In this document: positions 10,901-22,101 of the stretch, in pieces
How the letters are laid out: every line of letters begins with the position of its first letter
Numbering within the stretch: the first letter of the stretch is position 1
Assembly (NCBI GenBank): GCA_051294375.1
Contig: CM119267.1
Coordinates: forward strand, 5,461,386 to 5,525,385
Reading direction: 5' to 3'
Origin: Paraspadella gotoi
Lineage: Eukaryota; Animalia; Chaetognatha
Length of the DNA: 64,000 nt
The notes under the pieces: model-generated
What the model was told of the DNA's origin: nothing
Databases searched by the model: none
Seen by the model: only the letters and a program-made list of their open reading frames with translations
Position numbers and translations under genes: made by a program

Positions 10901-12886
10901 ATCAAAAGGGATTCAAAAGAGAGCTTACAATAACAAAACGGTACAAGAACAATTCCAAGGGAAACATTCAATATTTTTTAAAAGACGCTGACGAGGGGAT
11001 GCACGCCGGAAAAGACGACGATTGTTAAATTCTTATCTCTCTCTCTCTCTCCCTTCGACGACGCCCTCCGAAACCCCCACTCCCCCCCAAACACCTCTAT
11101 AAAGATCCCCCAACAACATCTTGACCGTCTTGGGCTGCCTCCACTGCCGCACCGTTCCCCGCGTGTCCGCCTTCTGATTCCTCGGCGGCCGCTTGCACAT
11201 TCCGCAATTGTTGTTCTTGTTGTCCTGGTTGGCGTTGGCCGACTTGTTGGGATTCTCCTTCCGTCTCTTCATGTCCGCGTCCATGAAGCGGACCTGCGGG
11301 TGGACGGTGTCGAGGAAGGAGAGGTCTCCTTCCAGGGTCAACTTGTAGTCCGCGTTGCCGACGCAGTTGAGGATCACCTCCTGCGGGCGACGGGAGTGGG
11401 CGGAGGAGGGGCGCGTGTGAGAAAGGGCGAGTTGGTGGAAGATTTTGTTTTTATTTATCATTAAATCAGTGATAAAGTATGTATAAAGTATGCACTATGT
11501 TTGACGTCTCTTTAAAAGCGAAAAGACATGAATGACGTCGAAAAGAATCTTTCTTTTTTTCGCTAAGTGATTTGAACGAAAATGGAGTTTTGGTTTCGAT
11601 GTTTTGTTCTTCAGGCTTCTAGGGTAGTGACTAGTGAGTCTCCGAGAAGCAAACTCAGAAGGAGCAACCACAAAAGTTGTATGCCAAATTATATCGACGC
11701 GCCTCTCTCCTTTCTTCCGCTATCGCTCTCTTTACTTACTCTATTCCACCTCGACCTCACAAATTTAAACTCCGACCTCGCAAATCTTTACCCCAACCTC
11801 ACATATCCTGCCAACCCCAACCTCGCAAATCTGCACTCCGACGCTGAACTCCTCCAACTCCGGGCGAAGTTTGTTCCCGCGATGATAATAGACGAGGGCG
11901 AATTCAAAGTCGCCCATTTCGAAGAGAGTCTTGGCTTTGATCAAGAGGCCGTGGACATAGTTGGACCTGTTCGACAACGACGCCTGACGAGGAGAGAGAG
12001 GATTCGAGATTGTCCCTTGGACGGTCTCACTGTCAGTCTCTTTATGTCTGTCTGCTTCGCTTTCTTGACTCATTTATTCCGTCTCAAATTGAGTATTTCT
12101 CTTATCTCTTCCATCATTCTCGGTCTGTGTGTCTGTCTGTCTATTTGTGTCCCTATTCTTGTCTCATGTTTTCTAATTTCCACTCGAACCTCATCGATCT
12201 TTCTGTCTCCTCCAAGAAGCTCTGTCTGTCAAACCGTCTGTCTTTCTATCCAAATCTCCTCCTCCCAGGACCTCCGCATCGACGAGGGCCTTGTCCATTC
12301 TCCCCATCTTCATGTAGCACCGGGATCGCCAGACGAGGCAGTGAGGGTCGGGATGTTTGGGGTCCGTTCCGATGGCCAGCGTGAAGCAGTCGGCGGCCTT
12401 TTGATAATACTGGAGAGCGCGATTGAGGGCAAAGGAGACAACAGTTTAAAGTGGGCGGGGAGACGAAAAGTTTGAAGGTAGAAAAGGTACGAAGATTATT
12501 ATGCTTTAGGGTTAGGTTTAAGTATAAGGTTATTATTAGGGATTAAGGTGAAATTTCCACGCTCTTGATCGAGAGAGATCGAGACTCGCCAGGGGAGGGG
12601 GGGGGGAGGATCGATCGCATCTTCGTTTCGACGATCGAATATATTCCAAATTTCTACGACTACGACGAAAAAAAAATTTTCCTCGCCGCATTCTTCTTTC
12701 GAAAACTTACCCAAATTAAGGTTATCCATTCTTCTCTGCCTTACCTTCGCCAAGAAGAGCCTCTCCCCCTCCGATTTGTTCGTCTCTTTCGTCCCGATGA
12801 TTCCGGTGTCTTCGTCGTCGTCTTCCGCGTTTTTGTTTCTGTGCGCCGCCTGTCGGACGACGATGTCGAAGAAGACGGAGGCCCAT
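7947..12886 (-). CDS. TTC25: Tetratricopeptide repeat protein 25 / outer dynein arm docking complex subunit 4 (~708 aa, 10 exons)
   Basis: Exons 12886-12745, 12409-12272, 11983-11822, 11380-11095, 10754-10540, 10276-10149, 9903-9519, 9033-8826, 8511-8288, 8186-7947, all phase-consistent. Motifs SEGERLFL, MGDFEFALVYYHRGNKLRPE, GDLSFL, KTVKMLLGDLY, FWQAYKPIYAR, SRALENMGRVYAK and WVTHEIGRTY match TTC25/ODAD4 as I recall it. Acidic C-terminal tail. Needs one G removed just after the ATG; last intron is GC-AG. Confidence 0.93.
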
Positions 12887-13396
12887 GAGGGCGAAAATGA
12901 CAGGAGGAAAATAATGATGACAGAAAAAACGGGGTTTTAAAATCGAACGCGAAAGAGATACGAGCCCATGACGATATCTTTTTAGAGTTGTATTTTAAAA
13001 AAAAAAAAGATGGCGTCCAGGATGGGCTTAATCCGAAAACAAAACGACAACGGCAGCGACGACTTTGAAGGATAAATTAAGTAAATGTGCAATAGAAAAT
13101 GATTATAATCATTTAAAGTCGACCGTTAACGACGACCGCCCTTTCAGCTTCATCCTGCGCCATTCTGTATCTCTTTTCCAAACTAGCACATACAATATAC
13201 GTTTCAGAAGAAAACGTAGTGAGTCAATTGTCTCTCTGTCTCTCTGTCCACCTGTCTCATCTAATATCATCAGTCGCAATATCAATTTCTATCACGGGTC
13301 CACGATCGCTATTACCCAACATCCAATATATACATACATTTATTTTTAATAATGAAATATGCTAAATGGTTCCTCTCTGAACCCCACCATTTAATC

Positions 13397-14080
13397 CTAA
13401 GTTACGTTTCTATTAAAGACGTTGGCGGGCATGCTGTCCCTCTCGGCGTTGAGGAGTCGATTGAGGAAGATCGGGTCGACGGCGTCATCGTTGCGTCGCG
13501 CGGCTTCTTCCTCTCTGGAGCTCCGGAAATCATCCGGCGCCTCGATGAGCGGATCGAGACTCGAGGCGTTGAACCTCTGGGCGTTCCGATTGGGGCTGCT
13601 CAACGAGGGCCTACCTTTGGTCGACCAGGAGCCCGTGGCTTTACTGGCTTTGCTCGTGCGTTTGGAGCTCTGGATTAGGGCGTTCTGGTTTAGGTTGGGG
13701 GCGTCGTCGGCGTTGACGGCTTCGATGTTGGCGGCGTCGTCGGCTTCGATGTTGGCGGCGTCGATATCGACGGCGTCGTCGCGGTTGACTTCGGCGACGG
13801 TAGACACTTCGTCGGGCACTTCCATCTCAGAGAAGTCGCTGAGGCCTTTGAAGGACGGCTTCTTTGTCGCCCTCTGACGAAGCTTGAACGCTTTGGGCTT
13901 TTTAAACTTCTTAGACTTTTTGGCGAACCTGGCGGTCTTGGCGGTCTTGGCGGTCTTGGCGGGCGGCGCTCCTTCGGCGCCGTCGTCGCCGTCTTCGTCG
14001 TCGCCGCCGTCGGCGTCCATATCGAAGTCGGCGGCTTCTTCCATTTTTTTCTCCGGCGATTTTAAAATACTACGATTCAT
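13397..14080 (-). CDS. Hypothetical 227-aa low-complexity protein (acidic and Lys-rich blocks); single exon or terminal exon
   Basis: Uninterrupted ATG..TAG ORF, GC-rich with C/G-ending codons like the TTC25 exons, in AT-rich flanks; internal repeats AKTAKTAKT and DAANIEA x2; no recognised family. Confidence 0.6.
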   Translation of the reverse strand: MNRSILKSPEKKMEEAADFDMDADGGDDEDGDDGAEGAPPAKTAKTAKTARFAKKSKKFKKPKAFKLRQRATKKPSFKGLSDFSEMEVPDEVSTVAEVNRDDAVDIDAANIEADDAANIEAVNADDAPNLNQNALIQSSKRTSKASKATGSWSTKGRPSLSSPNRNAQRFNASSLDPLIEAPDDFRSSREEEAARRNDDAVDPIFLNRLLNAERDSMPANVFNRNVT

Positions 14081-14524
14081 CTTATCTTTCGATTTGGCGA
14101 ATCCAGTAATACTACGATAATAATAAATATATGACTAGACTATAGCTGATTTTTTATTCTATTTTGAATTTTTAAAAAAAAATTTATCTTTGATTTTAAA
14201 AATATTCAGATTAGCGACGTTTTGTAAAGTGAAATAGTAGAAAGAAAATTTTTCACAGCTGCGGAAGAAACGCTGAAAACGCGGCTAAAGATAATACGAT
14301 TAGTTTAAGTACACAAAAAACAAAATAACAAACCATTATTAAGTGATATTGATAAAACATAACTCCTGAAATTTCTGATTTTTCTGTCAATCGTCATATC
14401 TGTTTGAACTGATTGAGGCAGAATGGCAATATGTAATTAGAATAACATGTTTTTGCATTTTTTTCTCTCCATGTTTTGTTTTAGTTTTTTTTCCGTTTCT
14501 ATTTATTTTCTGCTAATGAGAAAA

Positions 14525-14965
14525 CGTCGTCGCCATCGTTGTCGTCGTCGTCATCCTCGTCGTCGCAATTGTCGTCGTCGTCGTCATCATCGTCGTCACC
14601 GCCGACATTTTAATCGTCGACGTCGCAATAGTCGTCGCCATCGTCATCGTCGTCGTCACCGCCGACACTTTAATCGTTGTCGTCGCAATAGTCGTCGCCA
14701 TCTGTCGTCGTCGTCGTCGTCAACCCCGAGCCGACACTTTAATCGTCGTCGTCGCAATGCGTCGTCGCCCAATCGTCGTCGTCGTCGTCACCGCCGACAC
14801 TTTAATCGTCGTCGTCGCAATCGCGGTTGTGGTCATCCTTTTCGTCGCTGATTGTCTTCATTGTCGTCGTCGTCTCCGTTTTCGTCGTTTTTGTTGTCGT
14901 CATCGTAATAGTCATCTTTGTCATCTTATTTATCGTCGTTATCGTCTTTGTCATTGAGTATATGT
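14525..14965. repeat. (GTC)n-based minisatellite with a ~60-nt unit
   Basis: Unit ...cgtcaccgccgacactttaatcgtcgtcgtcgcaat... about 4 times within a GTC-rich tract. Confidence 0.85.
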
Positions 14966-15699
14966 CGTCGTCGCCTTTTTTTTGGTTTCTTCTGCTCGAT
15001 TTTTTTTTGGTCGCAAAACTTGAAATACTTCAAAGTGTTAAACGGAAGGTCAAACAGTTTGGCGGCGTCTCGTTTCCAGAGTGGGCGTGAAGAGGCGAAT
15101 AGCGTTGGAGTCTTTGAGGGATTCGCTCAATATTTACGTCACGCTAAAGTTCACTATCTTTGATGATGACGACGACGAATATGAATTATGACGAAGACGT
15201 CGAAGAAGACGACGGTTTTAGATATACACTACTTCAGTTTCCCATCGCTTTTCCTATACATTATCGCCCAGTGTCTATTATTGTTATTATTTTTGGCAAC
15301 AAAAACATTGTCATTCCCTCCGATAATACGTCATGCCAAGAATCCAATATCGAGGCTGAAGCGGCTTAAGGTCTCCGTCGTCGTCGTCGTTGTCGTCGTT
15401 ATCGTTGTCTTCACCATCGTCGTCGTTGTCAGGGTTATTCTTAGAGTCAAAAGGATATATTTCATGGCGTGAGACTTCATTCATCCTTCGAGATTCTTGC
15501 GAGCGATTCAAGCTTTTGAGACGATGGTGATATTGACCTTAGTCTTCGTGCGAAGATATAATATATATAATATATATAATGCTCTAACTAAGGATGATGA
15601 GGAGGGGGTGCTCGGGTGAGAGGCCCTATCGGCTCTTTTTTTAATGTAAATGTAAATTTAATCTCATTCTAACTTTTATACTTTTCTTTAAAAAAAAAC

Positions 15700-15770
15700 T
15701 GCATCGGCCGGGAATCGAACCCGGGCCGCCCGCGTGGCAGGCGAGCATTCTACCACTGAACCACCGATGC
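15700..15770 (-). tRNA. tRNA-Gly(GCC)
   Basis: GCATCGGTGGTTCAGTGGTAGAATGCTCGCCTGCCACGCGGGCGGCCCGGGTTCGATTCCCGGCCGATGCA; cloverleaf, anticodon GCC, oligo-T terminator immediately downstream. Confidence 0.98.
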
Positions 15771-15844
15771 TTGTTGTTTCTTTATAAGTCTAATTATCAT
15801 TTTGATTCGAATGGTCGAATTTTAATCAAAAAAAATTTCAGATC

Positions 15845-15917
15845 TGCCGAAACCCGGGATTGAACCAGGGACCTTTAGATCTTCAGTCTAACGCTCTCCC
15901 AACTGAGCTATTTCGGC
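15845..15917 (-). tRNA. tRNA-Phe(GAA)
   Basis: GCCGAAATAGCTCAGTTGGGAGAGCGTTAGACTGAAGATCTAAAGGTCCCTGGTTCAATCCCGGGTTTCGGCA; canonical eukaryotic tRNA-Phe, oligo-T downstream. Confidence 0.98.
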
Positions 15918-16554
15918 CGATTGTTATTCAACAAGTTGACTACATTTAGTTATTTAATTATTTCTTGATTGACAGATAGTCTATTTCACAAATATTTCCA
16001 GATCTATATCTCTTTCAATATATTTTTAATCAGTCTTAATTAAGCAATGAGACTCCATCGCTCACCTTCAAACCTTTCCCTCTCCCTCTCACCAAATTTA
16101 TTTCGTGGGGAGGGGGCGCCTTTGTTTTGATGGTCGAGATTCAGCCGAGAAATTTACTTCCTGAAAATAGAAACAGTACGACGACGATGGCGACGTTAAT
16201 AACGACGACGCCGACGAAGATTTAAAATCGTTGGCAAAAAAGGGAAAACGAAGACGACGACTATGACGACGAAAACTACAATGACGACGACGTAGATGAC
16301 GACCGAGGACCAATGGCTGATGTTACTGCTCCGCGCTATTATTAAAACGGTTTTTACTCATTTGAAGCTAAAAATTAATCAGAAAATGTATTATATGTGT
16401 TATTAACTTATCGGCGTTTTTTTTTTATGTACAGAAGTCGTAAATAGTAATCTATCTCTATATGAATATGAATTATTTGACTATGACATTCCTGTAAAAG
16501 AATCCATTAAAAAAATCTGCATCGCCAAAACGTGAATTTCTGTGAATGAGGCTT

Positions 16555-16612
16555 CGGGTCCCCGCACCCACGCCCTCGGGTCCCGCACCCACGCCCTCGG
16601 GTCCCGCACCCA
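16555..16612. repeat. 21-bp tandem repeat (~2.7 copies)
   Basis: cgggtcccgcacccacgccct repeated. Confidence 0.9.
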
Positions 16613-16655
16613 GGAGGCAAAGCCTGTCCGACGGAATTTTTCGTAATGAAGCCAA

Positions 16656-17009
16656 TCAAGAGAAGATTTCCACGGAGGCGAAATCGGGACCTACCATAGA
16701 CCTACTTAACCACCATCTCTTAACCACCCTCACGTCTCTCCCCCCCGTCACCTCTTCTTCCTCGCTCTCTCTCGAATCATTCGAGCCAAACGAAGACCTG
16801 ATAAGTTTTAAAACGTTGCTGACTTCTTCTCCTTCTATTCCGCTACACAACAACTCTCTCTCTCTTGCTCTCTCTCTCTCCCTCTAAGCTCTCTCTCGCT
16901 CTCTCTCTCTAGCTCGTCTTAGGCTCTCTCTCTCGTCGTCTCTCTCTCGTCTCTCTATCCTCTCTCTCTCTCTCTCTCTCTCTTCTCTTCTCTACTCTCT
17001 CTCGTCTCT

Positions 17010-17041
<32 letters not shown>

Positions 17042-19617
17042 TCAAAAAAAAAAAAAAAAACCCAAAAACATCAAATAACAACATATATATATAATATATA
17101 TAATCCAGCCTCGATTCAGACGTCCCATCTTTTTTAAAGACACACCCGGAACCCCTTAAACACGTATCCGACGCTCACTCACCTCCGGGCCCTGAGAGCC
17201 TTATAACTTCTCACCGACCCCAAGACCCTCCAGCGGATGGCCTCCCTCTCTACCAAAAATCTCACCCAGATTGACCGTCGGGTGCGATCTTTCCCAAACT
17301 TTTCCCTCCCAAGCCAAAACCCTTTTTTCAATCCCCATCAGCCCATTACCTCTCACCGACGGGGCCAAACCCACTGCGTTTCGGTATCTCTTTTACCTCC
17401 CACCCCCAATTCTCCCCTCCCACCCGCCGCCCCAACCCTCAAGAAACTTACCCACGACGAGCAGAGGTGATGTGAGCAGTTGCCCTCGCAACCTTTGTAT
17501 CCCCCCTTGCTGCGGGCGGTCGTCGAGCGTGACGCCGTTGATGGTCATCGTGTAGGGTGGAGCCTTTTGGCTTCGGGCCGAAGCACGAACGATTGCGGGA
17601 AAATCGATCGTCGTTGTTTCGAAAGGGGTCTACTACCGCCGAGGGAGGGACTGATTCCCTTTTTTTTAAGGGGGGGCGGGGTGGAAATGAGGGGGGGGCG
17701 GGGTGGAAATATACGTAGGCGTCCTTTTTTTCTAGTTTTAATAACCGTGGATTTGGGGAAAAAGAGTTATGGGGGCAACCTTGCTTTATTAGAGTTATTT
17801 GAAAATAATGCAATTTTATAGAATTAAAATTTAGAAGAGTTTGAAATTAATTTTCAACAACGGTTTATTTCAATAAAAAACGGACATGTTTCGGCTTAAC
17901 TACGAGCCTTCATTCATTCATCATACCACAATGTCTAAGAATTAAAATTGAATTAAATTAAAACGCTTATCCCTCCAATAACGTAACTAGACCACCAGTC
18001 TTCAGTCGGATCTTTTTTATCACTTTGCCAAAAATTCGAAAGAAAAGACAAGATGAGACGAATACCATATTATTATTCGTATTTTTAAGTTAACCTATTC
18101 TGACAAATCAATGAAATCGACAAACGAAGATACACAAATAGTCACGTTATGAACGCGACGAATGAATGTAATAAACTGTAAAAAAAGTAGGCGACGCGTC
18201 GGAACCGAGGACGCTCTGATGACGGTCTGCAGGATACTACGGAGTTTACCCTGCAGACGCGACTCAGATGACGCTATGTGAAGCACACAGGTGGACTGAG
18301 TAATACTCAGTGAGTATGCAATGCACATAGCGCCCGCGGGTACCCTGAGTATGGCATAACAGTATTCCCCGTACGTCCTTGACCGGTTCCATCAACGTAA
18401 CCAGGCCCCCGAATATACAGGGGTTACAGGTCAACGTCAAACCCGCCTGAGGAAAATTCGCGTGAAGTGAATTAGTAATTTGAGCGGGAATATTTCTTTA
18501 GTAGGAGATAAATGAGGCGATTGATTGATTGATTGACTGATGAGTGGATTCATTTTTTGAATTTTTTTGCATGATCATAGTATTTCCTTTAATTTCCTTG
18601 TGTTTTGATAGTTATTTTAAATAATGTATTCTCGAATATGTTTGTTCCATGAAACTAGGTAGAAAAAAGGTGAGTGAGGCTGGAAAAAAAAANNNNNNNN
18701 NNNNNNNNNNNNNNNNNNNNNNNNNNNNNNNNNNNNNNNNNNNNNNNNNNNNNNNNNNNNNNNNNNNNNNNNNNNNNNNNNNNNNNNNNNNNNNNNNNNN
18801 NNNNNNNNNNNNNNNNNNNNNNNNNNNNNNNNNNNNNNNNNNNNNNNNNNNNNNNNNNNNNNNNNNNNNNNNNNNNNNNNNNNNNNNNNNNNNNNNNNNN
18901 NNNNNNNNNNNNNNNNNNNNNNNNNNNNNNNNNNNNNNNNNNNNNNNNNNNNNNNNNNNNNNNNNNNNNNNNNNNNNNNNNNNNNNNNNNNNNNNNNNNN
19001 NNNNNNNNNNNNNNNNNNNNNNNNNNNNNNNNNNNNNNAGAGAGAGAGAGAGCCGGGTCCGATGAGAGATATTTGGGCAGCCCTTTATCGGTAGTTCGGG
19101 GTCACGGAAACGACGCCGCTAAGAGTCACGCCGCGTAAAAAGGACGCCGCGAGGGAACGGCGCCCCTGGGAGTCCGCATCATTGGCGTAACGGATAGATT
19201 CGGGTTTTCCGGACAGTCAAGGTCGCGGGTTCGCTTCCGCGGGAAATCGAAAATAAATTCGGGCGGCGGAGATAAATGGGAATTTGTTTGACCGATTTCA
19301 CTTGGAAGAAAGTGAGAGAAAACTCATTTGATGTCCTCAGCTCTTAAGTTATTTGTTAATTATTACTTTAATAATAAATAATTAATCTGTTAACGCGCAA
19401 AATCTGAAACTAAAGTGAATGAGAGAAAAATAAACAAAAAAGTCACACGGTACAAGATCGAATTAAAACAGCGATACTGCTTGAGAAGAGAGAAGTAAGG
19501 CAACCCAAGCGATACCTCACTCGGTGAGGAGGTTCTCTCACCGATCATCGGACGCCTCGTACCTCCGAAGTCTCGACGGTGTTTGGTAAGTATCTCCAGT
19601 TGGAAGGGAAAGTGGCA
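16656..19617 (-). CDS. Putative spliced gene of unknown function (partial)
   Basis: AG/GT-bounded GC-rich blocks 19617-19542, 17629-17452 (TPFETTTIDFPAIVRASARSQKAPPYTMTINGVTLDDRPQQGGIQRLRGQLLTSPLLVV), 16797-16752 and 16701-16656 (ends at TGA). The last three are phase-compatible, but alternative frames exist and no family is recognised. Confidence 0.35.
18188..18449 (-). ncRNA. Candidate structured non-coding RNA (~260 nt), family unassigned
   Basis: 5'/3' closing stem aggcgg/tcgcct, three internal hairpins with G-U pairs on the minus strand, followed by T7. Confidence 0.4.
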
Positions 19618-19700
19618 CTGAAGAATGATTTATGGTGGCAGCTTCGAGATTTTTATGCAGCGATAAAGTTGAAGCGGCAAAAGAGATAAAGGCGGATGAT

Positions 19701-19752
<52 letters not shown>

Positions 19753-20759
19753 AGAACGACAGGCAAACAGAGGAAAATGCTTTTATTTGTTTTGTTAAAT
19801 CCACAGCCATTTTTCACTCTCGGAATTCGACAAAACAAAGAGCGACTTTCTTTGTGACGCGCAAATTCTCGAAAACAAATTTAAAACCAAATTTGAGTTA
19901 AAAAAGTAAAATGTAATAATTAATTTAAATAATAAAATAAAATGAAATAATTTGAGCGAAGAAGAACCGAAAGCCAAAAAATGAAAGATGTTAATGTGGA
20001 CCCGAGGGATTTGGCTGACCCGAAAGAGCCCATGGGCCTTCGAGCGGATCTTTCTCNNNNNNNNNNNNNNNNNNNNNNNNNNNNNNNNNNNNNNNNNNNN
20101 NNNNNNNNNNNNNNNNNNNNNNNNNNNNNNNNNNNNNNNNNNNNNNNNNNNNNNNNNNNNNNNNNNNNNNNNNNNNNNNNNNNNNNNNNNNNNNNNNNNN
20201 NNNNNNNNNNNNNNNNNNNNNNNNNNNNNNNNNNNNNNNNNNNNNNNNNNNNNNNNNNNNNNNNNNNNNNNNNNNNNNNNNNNNNNNNNNNNNNNNNNNN
20301 NNNNNNNNNNNNNNNNNNNNNNNNNNNNNNNNNNNNNNNNACAGAGAGGCAGACAGACAAAATAACATAAAAAGAGAAAGGGAGAGAGACTGAGAAAGAG
20401 AAAAGCGTTCCAACAAACAGAAAGAGCTTAAAAAATTCACCAAAAAAAGAAAAGAAAAAGAAAAGAAAGAAAACCCGTTCTCCGTGTGAAAGTCCTGGAA
20501 AACGTTTTCGCTCCTCGTTTATGTTTACACAAACTGAAAGTAATTAAAACGAGAAGGGGGGAAAAAAAAAGTGTCTCGCTTTTTCTTTTTTTCAGAAGCG
20601 CATGCGCGAGACCGCCGACGCGGCGACGCCCGCGCAAAGATCCTCATCGTCCTTTTCCCTCCTTTTTTTTCCCCGCCGTCGCGCGACGTCAAAGTCGGCG
20701 TCACTTCCGATCTGACGTCTGATGTCAGTGTCGCCCTCTAGGATGTCCACGACAACGAC

Positions 20760-21153
20760 GAATGCTAATATTACGGTCATGGCGCTGACGGGTGACGGTG
20801 AGGACGACCACGATGCCAACGACAACCGACCGTCTTTCGTCTTTCGAGGATGACAGTATTGACATCGTATTGACAGTGGTTGACAGTGACGGCGGCAATG
20901 ATGACAAAGATAGCAATGGGTACAATCGTGTAATTAATAATACCATGTATGGCGGATATGACTTTGGCTACAAAAAATTCGACAGCTATATTGACGATGA
21001 ACGACAGTGAATACAACAGCGACGCCGACAATGAACGTCAGTGATGACAACTGTGACGCCGACAACCAACGACTGTGATGACGACAGCGACGCCAACGAT
21101 CAACGACAATGATGACAACTGTGACGCCAACAATCAACGACAATGATGACGAC
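20760..21153. repeat. GAC/GAT-rich satellite (~33-nt unit), same family as 33740-34130
   Basis: Unit caacgacaatgatgacaac(a/t)g(c/t)gacgccgacaa here, inverted at 33780-34030 and direct at 34061-34100. Confidence 0.8.
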
Positions 21154-22101
21154 AAAAAAAGAAGAGATTTAATTTGATACCACTCTCTGCTAGCCTTTTT
21201 CTTTCAGTTTTTATCTTTTTTCAACAGCGAGTACATCTTTGTTAATAAAATTTTGGCAAAGCGGGAGTATCTCACTTATTTCTATTGATACAAATTTAAA
21301 TTTTTAAATAACTTAAAGAAAATTTTTTTGTCATTTAAAAAGTTGAAATTTTTTTAAAATTGTTGGAAAAACATTTTTTCCGACCTTACTGTCATTGAGA
21401 ATAATGGTTTTTGCATGAAATTAAAATATAAAAAAATAAAAAAATAGCCTTAGAAAATTGAAAGGCTTGAGCCTGATTTTTTTAGACATTGTAAAATTTT
21501 TTTCCTCACTTCAAAATATTATTCTTCAGTTTCATATATTCTTTTTCAAAATATCACAATAATTTTTTTTATTAATTTAAAGATGTTTTATTCGAATGTG
21601 TTTTTGTTTGAAAGAATTGAAAAGTGAAAAATATAGTAATTATATAAGGTTTTTGGATACCTTTAAATATTAGATATTAGATACAAGGGGAGTGAAGCAG
21701 AGAACTTCCATTCATAAAAATTGAAAAATAAATTTGTCATATTGTTATTTAGATAATTGATAATTTAAAACATATGATTATATAAATTGAGAAATGATGG
21801 TAATAAATATTCATCTTGGTCTGTTACTATTAAATATGTAAAAGTTTTGTTTTTTAATAAATTAATATTTTTTTTGCATTTATAAAGCAATGGTCTAAAT
21901 TTTGTAAGGCGTTTTCGAGCTATATTGCTTTATACTTTTTTCCTATTTTTGATCTATGTGTGTTAATGGTAGGGTTATGTCAGACAGTAATGTCTCAGTG
22001 TGTATATCGGCACATATTACAAAGTAATAATCAATTTAATTTGGTAGAAACAATTTTAAGATGCAATCAGACGTGACAGTCGCACGTTATTTTTCATTGT
22101 G
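21154..22101. mobile_element. Truncated AT-rich DNA-transposon fragment ending in CATTGTG (CACAATG terminus; Transib/CMC-like); duplicate at 34709-35656
   Basis: Homology with the inverted copy 3 stops at 22101/22102, right after ...ttttcattgtg; the other end is not present. Confidence 0.4.

Noticed and set aside
14930-15540. Possible minus-strand coding fragments
   Set aside because: No consistent long frame or splice pattern; low complexity.
18215-18270. Plus-strand SECIS-like hairpin (ATGAC..CGAC) or hammerhead (CTGATGA)
   Set aside because: No apical AA, no upstream plus-strand selenoprotein ORF and no GAAA after the stem; G-U pairs in the neighbouring hairpins favour the minus strand.
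22040-22101. RAG-type recombination signal next to an Ig gene
   Set aside because: Heptamer-like end only; no nonamer at 12/23 spacing and no split gene segments.
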